Assembly (NCBI GenBank): GCA_963825865.1
Contig: CAWGVG010000002.1
Span: 1-60,283, forward strand
Length of the DNA: 60,283 nt
Direction: 5' to 3'
DNA from: an uncultured Nitrososphaeraceae archaeon
Lineage (GTDB): Archaea > Thermoproteota > Nitrososphaeria > Nitrososphaerales > Nitrososphaeraceae
Each line of letters opens with the position of its first letter. The stretch's first letter is position 1. The notes under the pieces were generated by a model. The model did not search any database. It was given only the letters and a program-made list of their open reading frames with translations, and had not been told where the DNA came from. Shown piece after piece: positions 12,158 through 23,415 of this stretch. Both the position numbers and the translations under genes were made by a program.

Positions 12158-13046
12158 TTATTTTACATCTTCGTCTTCCTTTTTCTTAAATAAAAACCAT
12201 TCCCTAAAATCATTGTAATCATCCTTTGCAAGACCGGCACCTAATCCAGACAAAATGCCAGTAATGATCGGCTGTTTTTTTGTACAAATTAGATAAACCA
12301 AGCAATGCACCGATTGCGCCGTGATGCACCCTTCTATTAAATATGTATACTTTGGATGGATTTTCTTTTGAATTCCAAGATGATGTTAAAATATCAGCAA
12401 TTGAAGATCCTAATTGGAATGATTTTTTTTGTTGTCGATTTTGGTGGTTTTTCTTATTATTGTCTTCTATTTGATTGAGCATTTTGGATGCCGAATCTAT
12501 TAATTTACTACATGTCAATACCTTTTCTTGCAAATTTTTCTTTAGTATGTTTATTGCATCCTTTGCGTTCATTTTTTCAGCTATTTTTAATACCATTTTA
12601 TATCCTAATATCTCTGCATTTTTTATCATCGCATCTTCTTTTGTTCTTAATATCTCGCTCTCCATTACGGTAATAACATGATTGCTATTTTTATCATCAT
12701 TATTATCACCTTGCAAACTTTGCAACGTAGATTTTATTTTCTTGTCAGTTTCCGGGCTATTATCAGTTATGTCGATTGTTTGACCAGTCGCTGAGTTTAA
12801 TGAAAGTAGTTTTGCTTTTGAATCTGTTGGTTTTCCACCATATTCGGAAATTAGGTTTTTCAACTTACTTTGATGATTCTTTTCTTCCTGCAACTGCTGT
12901 TGTAATATATTCTTGGATTCAGGAAACTGAGTTTCTTGTATTCTTTTGCGTGATCTTTCCACTATTGCGTTTTCTGCTGATAGAATTTCATTTAAATATT
13001 CTATAAATTTATTTTTATCCGGTCCATCAGCCTTTGAGTTAGACAT
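12158..13046 (-). CDS. DUF892/ferritin-like protein with extra C-terminal His-motif membrane domain (A7 frameshift near 12278)
   Basis: YLNEILSAENA...EEKNHQSKL...KNAEILGY. C-terminus RRVHHGAIGALL...GILSGLGAGLAKDD to a TAA at 12158. Confidence 0.7.
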
Positions 13047-13452
13047 GGTTTAGAATAGAAAATATTTTATTTAATGATTGTATTAGGCGGTTGGCTTGCC
13101 CCTTATATTGTTATAGAACAAACCAGCCAGGTCAAGGTAACTTCCTTGTCGCGGATTCCAACTCTGAGTAATTTGCAATCTGGTCTCATATCAGCCATTT
13201 TGCTTCAGTCTGTGCTTTATCCAATATGGATACATCAATACGTATTCTGACTTTATACTTGAATATTATTAATAGTGATGAGGCAGGTGTATCGCTACCT
13301 CTGTCAAAATCATTGACTTTATTTTTGTATTATGATATCAATCAAATATCATCCACTCCTATAGCAACATTGTTCAGAAACATTCATTGATGATCGACAA
13401 TTTTAAGAAGTGATCATTCATCCTTGATATTCAGCTTCTTTCGCTACTCATT

Positions 13453-14034
13453 TTATGTTAGAATGATTTTGTTATTATGAAGATTGAGTAAATGTTGTCT
13501 TTGGTGTTCCCTAAGTTGTACAAAATCAGTTTTATTATAACCACATAGTACTTTCACTTTCATGTCATATATTGACGAGGATAGTTCTGTTTCATATTTG
13601 ATTAAATCGTCTATTCTATCTAGATCAAAGAACAAACCCACATCCGAAATTACAGTTACACCAGCCTTCCCTAGCTTGTTTGCACGCCGAAGTAACATTT
13701 TCGTCATAATCATTACTCCAACAAACTTATCTGTCAAACTATAGTATCCTTTTTTTGATTCTACAACTAGAATTGAGCCTTCTTTTTTGCATTTGTCTAT
13801 ATTAATACCGTTATTTGTTAAGTCGTTAAGAAGATCTGCTATTGAGTGGTAGTGTGTTAAAATAAGAACTATTTCATCTAATGATTCTAATGAGCTTTTG
13901 CTATAATTTGAATAAATTTGTGCCAGAGTAGTAATATGTGAGTATAATATTAAATTGTGAGATCCAAATTTACACTGTATAATCCTTTCCAATATATGAC
14001 TTTTATCTCCATTTTTGAGGCTATCATTTTCCAT
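13453..14034 (-). CDS. MEDS (DcmR-like sensory) domain protein
   Basis: HNLILYS...GVTVISDVGLF...LIKYETEL...VLCGYN...LLNLH pattern. Confidence 0.75.
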   Translation of the reverse strand: MENDSLKNGDKSHILERIIQCKFGSHNLILYSHITTLAQIYSNYSKSSLESLDEIVLILTHYHSIADLLNDLTNNGINIDKCKKEGSILVVESKKGYYSLTDKFVGVMIMTKMLLRRANKLGKAGVTVISDVGLFFDLDRIDDLIKYETELSSSIYDMKVKVLCGYNKTDFVQLREHQRQHLLNLHNNKIILT

Positions 14035-14199
14035 TTTTTTCTATTATATTGTTAATTGTCAGAACAATTTAAATTCCATTAAAATTGTTGCTACTTTTCT
14101 AAAGCCATTTTATTTATCTATCTCGAACAGTGAGCATTACTCCACCTTCCCACTAGATTCTATTTGGTAGCTGGGTGAGTTATACTCCGTAGTTCGATC

Positions 14200-14580
14200 A
14201 CTCAATTTATCAAAAAGTCTAATCCAAATGTTTTTTGGCTTCAGGAGGATGTAACATTGCTGCCAGGGCTTTGCTCTTAAGCTTCTTTCTTTACTCCCAT
14301 GACAAAAAAATCAAGCAGTCTACTGAGATCATTCAGAAATATCATAACATATCATTTTTTATCATGTTCCAATTGATATTCCACTCCACATTGCTCTGAA
14401 CAAAACTCATTGGAATTGCTCTCATCGCCAATTTGGTCAGCACAGTTTTTACAAATCCCTTTTTTATTCATATAGTTAAGACACTAGATTTTATTATTAC
14501 ACCTTTCTGTTGTGACATAAAAGGCAACTATTGAAGTATTAACTCGATGCTGACTCATTATATCTTCAGCCTTGAATCAA
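14200..14580 (-). pseudogene. possible degraded CBS-domain gene
   Basis: Only fragments such as KAEDIMS can be read, with many stops. Confidence 0.25.
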
Positions 14581-14769
14581 GTATACTGTATATTTTAGAT
14601 ATATTTATCAATATTTTGTTGTATATGTAATAGTTTCTGGAATCCATAACCTCAAAAGCCAAGACCAACTAGTGTCATATCATCTCTGGACAAGACTTTA
14701 AGCTTTATGCAATAAATAATAACCAGCTTTAGTTTATAAATTATCAAAGCTAAAAGCCTTTTAATCGTA

Positions 14770-15888
14770 TTGCGGCTAATTCAACATAACATAACAAAGT
14801 CAATGGCGATAGGCTTTACAGCTGCAATCATAGCCGCTGCTCTTTTTGGTTCGGTGTCTACAATTGCTAAACCGGTATTAGCTACAGTAGATTCATTCTT
14901 ACTTTCATCTTTAGTCTATCTAATATCTGCAATGTTCTTCAGTGCAATAATAGTACTAACAAACAATACAGCATCAGCATCATCATCATCATTGCAAAAT
15001 TATGCCTCATTTTCTAAAAGAAGACACTACGTCTTGGTAGTAACAACTTCAATTATTGGTGCAGCGATAGCGCCAGCCATGTTCTTCTTTGGTCTCAGAC
15101 AAACAACAGCATCAGATACTTCACTTTTGGCAAATGGGGAAACTATTTTTTCTATCATAATGGCAATTCTATTTTTCAAAGAAAAGCTAAAGCCATTGGG
15201 GTATATGGCAGTACCTGATGGTCTTAGCAGGACTTATCGTTGTCACAACAAACCTCCAAATCCATAGTTCATTATTTGGAATAAATTCTGGCAATATGCT
15301 TGTTCTTGGAGCTACCGCACTCTGGGGAATAGATAATAATATATGCAGATTTATTATTTATCGCATGGGCATTGCAAGACTTGTACAGGTAAAATCAGTT
15401 ATTGGAGGTGGTATCTTCTTATTTTTGCAGCATTTGTATTACACGTTCCATTAAACATTAGTGTAGTAGCGATACCACAGATAGTTGTGCTTGGTGCTGT
15501 TGGCTTTGGTACATCATTGTACTTTTTTCTAATTAGTATGAAAAGAATAGGAATTGTCAGGTCGGTATTGGTATTATCATTATCTTCTGTCTTTGGGCTT
15601 GTTTTTGCGTCATCGTTGCTAGCTGAACTAATAAGTGTACACCAAATAATTGCTATTGTAGTTATGATAGCAGGAATATATTTGATTAACATAGAAAAAG
15701 GAAATGGCAAAACAAATAACACTATTGCTTCCCCCCTTTCCATAGGTAGCGAAAATCCTTGGGATTACAAGGTCGCCTGTCCAACCTATGGGTCTGTTGC
15801 ATGTTCAACTCATATTGAACCCAGGCTAACAAAAAGTAATGATGATGAACTATCTCTGGTTTGTTTGTTAAATGGCGGATTTGGCTAA
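14770..15888 (+). CDS. EamA/DMT family transporter, two frameshifts; C-terminus reads into a structured non-coding block
   Basis: AAALFG...AK, FFFGLRQTTASDTSLLANGETIF, LWGIDNN, SLYFFLISMKRIG, spread over three overlapping ORFs. Confidence 0.85.
15725..15830 (-). ncRNA. candidate structured RNA resembling an IS110-type non-coding end
   Basis: Nested stems 15740-47/15784-91, 15749-52/15773-76, 15757-61/15768-72 and hairpin 15803-08/15815-20. Strand is inferred. Confidence 0.45.
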
Positions 15889-16404
15889 TGTCTAAGGGAA
15901 ACTAATGCCAGCTGGTCCTCAAATAAACAAACCCCAACATTAGCCAGAGAAATCAACGGATAATAGTGGTATGGAACAATTATGACCCTATCATTGACGT
16001 GTATGAATCTCTGAAATACACGTGATGGCCAATTCTGGCTTATCCTCTTGATTGCTTGTGATTTTTCTTTTTGTATCCATTAATAATTACAATGGATGAC
16101 GTACCCTATGTAGACACCAGAAAATGGGTTCTAAGATAATACAAGGCTAGTCAGCTTTAAACTTTTTCTGAATCTAGTGTTTAATTGAAAGCATTAACAG
16201 GTGTTTTAAGTTTACAAATTTGAATAAAGTTCTGTTATGAATGGCGCATCTAATGCGATGATATTCCATTAAGCATGATACCAATAGTGGCACAAATTTG
16301 TTCTTCCTTCATTATGATTCTTCGTTTTGCCAATCATAATCTCATTGTATAAATAATAACGAGACTTTATTAAATTATAATAGTAAGTTATCTGACTCCA
16401 AGTT

Positions 16405-16590
16405 ATGACAAAATTACTATCATGTCGGCAAGTCGGATGCGATTGTGATTACATTGTGACAGGAGAGACTGAAGAAGAAGTTATGAGAAGTGCTGCAGAG
16501 CATGGTATCAAGGAACATTTTAGGACACAAAAAGACATGGTAGAGATGTGCGAGAAACTCAGAGAATTTATTCATACTTTGAGTAAATAA
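16405..16590 (+). CDS. DUF1059 small metal-binding protein
   Basis: LSCRQVGCDCDYIVTGETEEEVMRSAAEHG. Confidence 0.85.
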   Translation: MTKLLSCRQVGCDCDYIVTGETEEEVMRSAAEHGIKEHFRTQKDMVEMCEKLREFIHTLSK

Positions 16591-17464
16591 TGACATTTTT
16601 GCATTCGAGCTCTGGTATTTCGCTTATCAAGTTCTGCTTCTCAGAATTATTGCTACTATCTATTGGCATGCATTAGCCCTATTATTATGCAAATAAGATA
16701 TTTTTCTGCAACGAAAATAACCCTATCAAACAATATGAATTCTCAAAAACTATTGCAACAACAGCTGACAATTCGAACTTTGATTCAATCTATGCGTATG
16801 ATCATCTCATTCCTCATTATAAAGATGATATAGAGAAAAACATTTTTGAATGTTTTACTTTATTATCTGCTATTGCGGCAATTACAGAAAGGATAAAGAT
16901 AGGACAAGTAGTTGTATGCAACTCTTATCGTAATCCATCATTATTAGCAAACGTGTTGTCTACGTTGGACGTTATAAGTAATGGAGCCATCCAACGTAAC
17001 AAGAATTAAGCAACTTGACGAATCCTTAACCATAATCAAAACAATGTGGACAGAAAAGAGCTTCATTTAAAGGAGAAAACTATACAATAAAAAATGCAAT
17101 CTGTGTGGAGCTCCTGATGATATGAAAAGAAAAATTTCTCTTTTAAAAATATATTGCAATTCCTTTGGAAGAGACTACAAAGAAGATATTCAATATTCTG
17201 TCGTGCTGCCTTGCATTATAAGAGAATCACAAGAGGAAGTATATCAAGGACCTAATGCAACATAAAAGAAATGATAAAAGTGTAGAGCAATATATTCAAT
17301 ATATTGTTAATGGTATTACAATAGGAACACCTGAAAAGATATTGCAAGGTATCAGAACATATTTAGATATTGGTGTTAGACATTTTGTCCTACATTTTAT
17401 AGGATTAAATGATGCAAGTTTAAGACTTTCTGATTCCAAAGTGATAAGAAGATTTAACAAATGA
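16589..17464 (+). pseudogene. LLM-class flavin/F420-dependent oxidoreductase with internal deletions
   Basis: FDSIYAYDHLIP...ECFTLLSAIAAITERIKIGQVVVCNSYRNPSLLA...LDVISNG, and C-terminus IGTPEKI...GVRHFVL. The middle (ELGIGAGW and the KP/IGG segments) is missing. Confidence 0.8.
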
Positions 17465-18143
17465 CACTATAAATCGATTGCTTCGAAAATAAATACTAAT
17501 TGTTACATGTTAAAAAATGGGTCTGTAAGTTTTAATTAACACTGCGAAAGTAGATCCTATACAAGTTCTCTAAACGAATATAGCGGGTACAATGATCTTA
17601 TCGTTTAGTGTAATATTATTTAGGACAAGAGTAGCTGTTAACAAAAAACAAAGAACAACCGTCCTGCTAAGTATTCATAGCTTCAATCCATGATCTACTC
17701 TGTATTTATTCATTAGTGCTTTACAATATAGTAACTAATGACGTCATCTTTTTTCTATTAGTATACAGGTGAATAAATAAATAAAATAGCCAATAGAAAA
17801 GAGAGATATTGTACAACGAAAAAAAATTTTCAAATAATAGTTAACGCAAATAATTGAAATAGCCTGCTGGACACTTTCAAGCGCTCGATACCATTTGCGT
17901 TTTTTATAGATTTAGCTACACACGTCATTCAAAAAGCTATCGTTGCATTGCAGACTAACGTTTTTCTTTTGGTATCATTTCATTAATCATTTTACTAGTC
18001 GAAGTTGTATAGTATACATTTGCTGAGAGGAAAATTCTTCAAATAAGTAAGTATTATTTAGTTTATAAGTGATATTTAATTCGAGTGTGGTACGTTAAAT
18101 AAACTTCTGCAGGTGTTATTAAGTATTAAATCTATGATTACAT

Positions 18144-18323
18144 ATGTCTGAGAATGATCTTGAGAAATGTCCAAGATGTAACCAAAGATCTATGACAGCC
18201 ACTGGTGTCGTTAAGACGCAAGGGATAGCACAAGAGCCATTTGGAGAAGCACCTGACATAAGAGAATATGTGTGTAGCAACTGTGGTCATCGCAGCGATA
18301 TGACTGGCAGCGATTCCTCTTGA
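18144..18323 (+). CDS. 59-aa zinc-ribbon microprotein (not in ORF track)
   Basis: MSENDLEKCPRCNQRSM...IREYVCSNCGHR...SS*, with an AT-rich TATA-like tract upstream. Confidence 0.7.
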   Translation: MSENDLEKCPRCNQRSMTATGVVKTQGIAQEPFGEAPDIREYVCSNCGHRSDMTGSDSS

Positions 18324-18467
18324 AATGGTGAACCCTGTTCTTAGTTGACTTGCAAAACACGGAAGCATGGAGTCTTGATCTCAGATTTGGACACGATCCC
18401 GCATTAACAATGTTGATGGTAATAGTAGGAAGTAATTTGATGATTCATACTCATAATAAAAAACTAG

Positions 18468-18509
18468 GAAAAAATGAAATAGAAAAAATGAAATAGAAAA
18501 AATGAAATA
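18468..18509. repeat. 3 x 14-bp tandem repeat GAAAAAATGAAATA
   Basis: Three exact copies, U-rich on the minus strand just after the hydrolase gene. Confidence 0.9.
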
Positions 18510-18510
18510 C

Positions 18511-19456
18511 TTACCAGGCATATTTTTGCTTAAGAATGTCAACGTCTTTTGCCACGCATCAGCAGTTTGTTGCGGAGCATAATTAGCTCCAGAAGGATTT
18601 GCAAAGGCATGTCCTAATCCTTTGTATATGAGAATTTCATTTGTAATACCATCGCCATCCAACGCTGCTTTGAATGCGTTTATCAGTGGTAATGGATTAG
18701 CCTTGGTCATGGTCTCCAAATATTCCTAAAACAGGCCACTTTATCTTTGAGAGTTCTTGTTTATCTATAACCAATGGAGTTCCATAGTGACAATATAGTA
18801 GCGGCAAGAGGGTGTTGTTCGCTATGCAAGGCTAGTTGCAGTGACTGTCCGCCGCCAAAACACCAACCAAGAGAAGCAATTTTAGAACTATCTACAAAAG
18901 GAAGAGAACTTACATATTTTACAGCTGCTTGTAGGTTAGAAATAGCTTCTTGCGGGTTAACTCTAACTGATTTTACTAACTGCGAAGCTTGATTTGGATC
19001 GTTGGTTGATTGTCCCTTAAACAAATCCACTGCCAATACAACATATCCTGCTTGCTTAGCAAGAGTGTGTGCCATAGTTTCGTATGTTATCATTTATACC
19101 CCAAAATTCATGAATCATAATTACTGCTGGAAGTTTCTTGCCTGTAGACGCAGCTAGAAGTATTGGTACGTGGTAGAGGGATATACCAGGTAGCCAGAAG
19201 CATTGTCAAAGTATTTGACTTCTTTATTAATTTGTAGACCCTCTTTTAGTGGTTATAGTAGCAGTTGAATTTGTGATTGTATGGAAATTAGAACCGCTAA
19301 CGTAGTGGTATTAGTAGCAGTGAGCATTGAAGCATTAGTTTGAGCGTATGCGGAAGGTATTACTTTATAGATTGTATTTGTTGTTGACAAGATCAAAGAG
19401 GCTATAAAGAATGCGGAAAGGACTATTAAATTAGTACTTCTTTTTTTCATCATCAA
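18511..19456 (-). CDS. dienelactone hydrolase family protein with signal peptide, several frameshifts
   Basis: PAVIMIHEFWG, YVVLAVDLF, nucleophile motif GWCFGG, GLGHAFANP, AADAW-like end, hydrophobic N-terminus. Confidence 0.85.
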
Positions 19457-19624
19457 TACAATAAGAAGGTATCCTATTTTACTTTATTTGATATAGGTAC
19501 TTATTTTACATCAGGTATTAATGAGAAAAATGTAAAATGCCATCCAAAATATGGAATATGTATCCCCCTCGCTGATCCAGCAGTATGAGTGGACGAAAAT
19601 ATTTGATCACGATTGATTTATAGT

Positions 19625-20667
19625 AGATCTCTTGCGTAATTAGCACTATAGTCTAACACCCTACTTGTTTTAGCCGTCTTCTTAGATTGAAATGCTGTCA
19701 GACTGTATAACTCTGAAGTTCAGGAGACCGGATATTATATCAGATACGTTATTGTACTTCCTTAATCTGTTTCTAAATTTATACCCATTATTCCAAACTT
19801 TTTGATCTTACATATGGTATGTTCTACTATGATCCTTAGCCTAGAATGATTCTTGTTGTAAGTTCTTTCATCACATGAAAGCAATGTACCCTTTTTCTTT
19901 TTGATACGAAGTACAGACTTTACAGTGGGAAAGTCCTTTTCAATGCCAAGATAACCAAGATCAACTATGTTTTCAACTTGTGATGGAGTTATAGAATGAT
20001 TGTGTTTGTAAATGTCATAATCATGTTTTCTTCCACTTCTGTGACCTGTCTTATGCAGTATCAATCCTTCACTGTTTACCATCAATTGTGTCTTGACAGT
20101 ATGTTTCTTCTTTCTACCTGAATAGTAACTCTTCCTTCTTCTTTTGTTCTTAGGTCTTGGAATTTCTTGTTCTGTAGAGTCTATGAAAGCCTTGAATCCA
20201 GGAAATACTCTTCTACTTCATCTATAGTTCTTAATCTCCTAGTACGTTTGTATATCTTCTTTGGCAATGGAATACACTCCTTGATAAGTGGTTCCATCAT
20301 TGATATATCTCTACAAACATTGCTTTGATCAAGGTCAAACAGAAATCCTGATAATGTATATGTAATGTATAATCTGTAGTATACTAGAAGCATAACGAAT
20401 CTTTCTTTAACTTTAAGCTTAAATGGTCTACCAGCACCTATATCCCGTATTCTCGTCCTTGATAGAAGACGTCTTCTTTCGTGCTCTTCGTAGTTATGTT
20501 CAATTTCGTTACAAATGGATTCAAATTCAGATACAGTTACTCCGGTAAATGACCTGAATATCAAAGGTTTCTTACATAATTTGCTATAGGACATCAAAGA
20601 GCTTGTCAGATAGATATCCTATGTGAAGAGGAATATAGCTATAAGCTTCTAATTACACAAGAGATCT
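19625..20667 (-). mobile_element. IS5-family (ISL2/IS702-like) insertion sequence, copy 1
   Basis: 19-bp terminal inverted repeats AGATCTCTTG(C/T)GTAATTAG at 19625-43 and 20649-67. Transposase 20597..19682 with FRSFTG, GAGRPFKL, DSTEQ, YSGRKKKH, DLGYLG, RIIVEH. Confidence 0.95.
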
Positions 20668-21006
20668 ATTTAAATTAAGCCTTTTATCAACAGGCGATTT
20701 ATCTATCTCCTTTTACTCTATATATACATGTGCTCATATCAGTAGTATCGGATTAAGGAAGAGTATATGCAGAACTTACATATATTTTAGAAATGCCAAA
20801 AGGACTTTGAAGCTGAGGAAGTTAAATATCGAAAAGTAGCCAGCTATGCGATTTTAGTTATTCATCCTAAAAAAAGACCATCCCCAACAGAAGCTGATTA
20901 TCCAATCACTGAAGAACAGCCTTCGAAATATTGAGGGAGGTGTTAGATTTCGTCACAAGCATTATAATGGTCTATATATTTGACTTGATGAAGTTACCAA
21001 AGTTTG

Positions 21007-21360
21007 TTATGAGTCATTTAGTATAATTGATTTATCGGGTTTTCTCTTCAAGCTTTCTAAACCCGGTATAATTACATCAAGAACTATATCGTTTTTAACT
21101 TGGATTTTTCTTTCTGAAGGTAAAGTACAAATTGTAAGCATAAAATGAAGTAGTGCCTCACATAATATTGCAATTGTTGCATCATAATCATCATTTGATT
21201 CAGAAGATAGTTTTTTAATACAATTCCTCATTATTATATCAATGTATTTTTGCGATGATTCAATGCTTGAAGTAATATCTGCTTGAATTTTTTCCTTTCC
21301 TATGTCTTCTATTGCCACATATAAGATTTGCTTAACTTCGTCTCCAGCTAACATTTTCAT
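21007..21360 (-). CDS. conserved hypothetical protein, probably 3'-truncated
   Basis: LCEALLHFMLTICTLPSERKI...LDVIIP, ends abruptly. Confidence 0.55.
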   Translation of the reverse strand: MKMLAGDEVKQILYVAIEDIGKEKIQADITSSIESSQKYIDIIMRNCIKKLSSESNDDYDATIAILCEALLHFMLTICTLPSERKIQVKNDIVLDVIIPGLESLKRKPDKSIILNDS

Positions 21361-21540
21361 TGATGTTAATGTATTGACAATAATAGTTTGCCTATATAGA
21401 TTATTAAGCTAATGCGATCTATTGAAGACATCGATTTTTGTTTTGTCTATTTTGGTAATGATCAATCATTAAACAAATTTAAGTTTATTGGTTATTTCAA
21501 GCCTAAAAAGGTTCATCGTTTTCTAACGCTTATAGTTGTT

Positions 21541-21816
21541 TTAGCTACTTTCAACTATAGTAATCATTTCTTTAATCTGATTGTGTATGTTCAAGTAGTG
21601 CCTTCCTTTATCTGTTATTTTAAATGAAGGAGAAGTAAAGCCTTCTTTATTTCCATCATTAATTATCAATCCCATTTCAAGCAAAAGTGCTAAATATTCA
21701 TTTAACTGAGTATAAGATAGATAGGCTCCATACATAATTTTACCTCTTTTAGATCCTCCTTCCTTGATAACTTCCAAGATAGATGCTATTATATCCGTCT
21801 TACTTCGATTTTTCAT
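21541..21816 (-). CDS. winged helix-turn-helix regulator (HTH_45-like)
   Basis: MKNRSKTDIIASILE...KIMYGAYLSYTQLNEYL...FKITDKG. Start placed at the ATG at 21816. Confidence 0.88.
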   Translation of the reverse strand: MKNRSKTDIIASILEVIKEGGSKRGKIMYGAYLSYTQLNEYLALLLEMGLIINDGNKEGFTSPSFKITDKGRHYLNIHNQIKEMITIVESS

Positions 21817-22265
21817 ATGAGATCTGTATTTATAGTAAGATAGCAGAGATAAGATAAAAACTGAATGAATGTTCAATCGTATAGATTGTTTTATATGTTA
21901 TACTTCATATTTCTTATCATATATTTTTAGAAATTATCTTATATTGAATTAACGATTATCTTACAATAATTACTGTAAACCTCATCTTTCTAAACCTGTA
22001 CTACATGCGTGATGCATCTGATGAGGGCGATATATTGATTATCTCTATTTGATTATCGATTGAATTTAATGTTAAGCTCTTGTCATCTTTCATCCGTCAC
22101 ATTATGTCCGAACAGTTTCTTGAATCTGTATTAGTAAATTATCAATGAAAGTGTTTTTCTATCCTTTGACGGTATCTGAAGCATTAATCAAACATTCTTT
22201 TTGAAAGTAGTTTATACGTAATAACATGAAAGTAGGTGTAGCTGTAAACAATAGCAAAAGTGTCT

Positions 22266-22844
22266 TTAGGAGGAGTAAGAATATTTAGGCCGCCTTGCCA
22301 CATTCAGCCTGGCATTAATCTCTTTTACCTGTTCTTCTAACAATTTTTTATAGCTTGTTAATTGTTTTTCCTGTGTTTTAAAATCTTTTTCTTTGCGGAT
22401 CTCATCCATTGTATCTTCAAAGACTACAACCATCTTCTCTACATCTACACGTGTACCCAAATTCTGAATATCATGTGCATCCTTTTGAGGGCCAATTCCT
22501 AATGTCTGAGCAGATTTATCTTTAAGTTGCTTAGTTTTCTCATCTGTTATAGCTTTGGTTTTTTTACCAACAGATTTGACTATCCCTTTAAATGATTGTG
22601 CGGATTCTTTGGCCTTAGCAGAAACTGATGACTTCTCTTTATCTTTTTCCGCTTTTGCTGATGATTGCACTTCTGTAAGTGATTTATATTCAATCTTGGT
22701 TGGTGGTGCTGAAACTACAACGGCCTTTCTTTCATGAGCTGGTTTTGTCGGGTCACCGTCTTCTGCTGATGCTTTAGATGGAAGAGTAGCGGGCTCTTTA
22801 GAATTGGATGTTTCCACAGCCACCTTGTCCTCATCATTGCTCAT
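22266..22844 (-). CDS. hydrophilic coiled-coil hypothetical protein
   Basis: K/E/S-rich, C-terminal YKKLLEEQVKEINARL. Start probably MSNDEDK at 22844. Confidence 0.65.
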   Translation of the reverse strand: MSNDEDKVAVETSNSKEPATLPSKASAEDGDPTKPAHERKAVVVSAPPTKIEYKSLTEVQSSAKAEKDKEKSSVSAKAKESAQSFKGIVKSVGKKTKAITDEKTKQLKDKSAQTLGIGPQKDAHDIQNLGTRVDVEKMVVVFEDTMDEIRKEKDFKTQEKQLTSYKKLLEEQVKEINARLNVARRPKYSYSS

Positions 22845-23415
22845 AATATGTATTAACAAGCCATTAAGCTTAATAAAAAATTTCACTTTAACTTACGAAA
22901 TCCTCATAGTGTTAAAGCATCTAAATTATAATTAAGAGAATAGGAGAATAGGATGATATTTTTACTGAAACCATACTAAATTGCCAATGAATGCTAAGAT
23001 GTCATTAATTGTAAAATGATAGAATGAGATCTCTTTTAGACGAGGTGTGTTTAAGTAGATATGAGCCTGTTTGAAATATACTACTTAGTTGGGATTCCTA
23101 AAAAGTTGACCAGATGCCTTTTGGTTAGTGCTGACAGCCTTTCAGAGTTTATGAGAAGAGCGTCCGTAGTTGATATTAGTAACTTATTGGAGTCTTAAAC
23201 CATCGTGAACCTTATATACTCATACCTATAACTTTGTACTCTATTTATTCCATAGTACATATTTATAATGAATAACTTCGATAGTTAAGATAATTTCAGA
23301 GAATTGAGTAAATAGTAATAAAAAGGCCATTATTAATACTAATAGCGCATAGTCTAAAAAAATTCTATTTTTATCAAACCTTTAATTAGCACTGATTTAC
23401 CAATAGGTAAACTAT

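Noticed and set aside
15836-15860. C/D-box sRNA or hammerhead ribozyme at ATGATGATGA
   Set aside because: No properly placed CTGA D box, and no CTGATGA...GAAA core with flanking stems.
23063-23080. GAGCCTGTTTGAAA as an IS or MITE end
   Set aside because: No matching inverted partner or second copy was found in the window.
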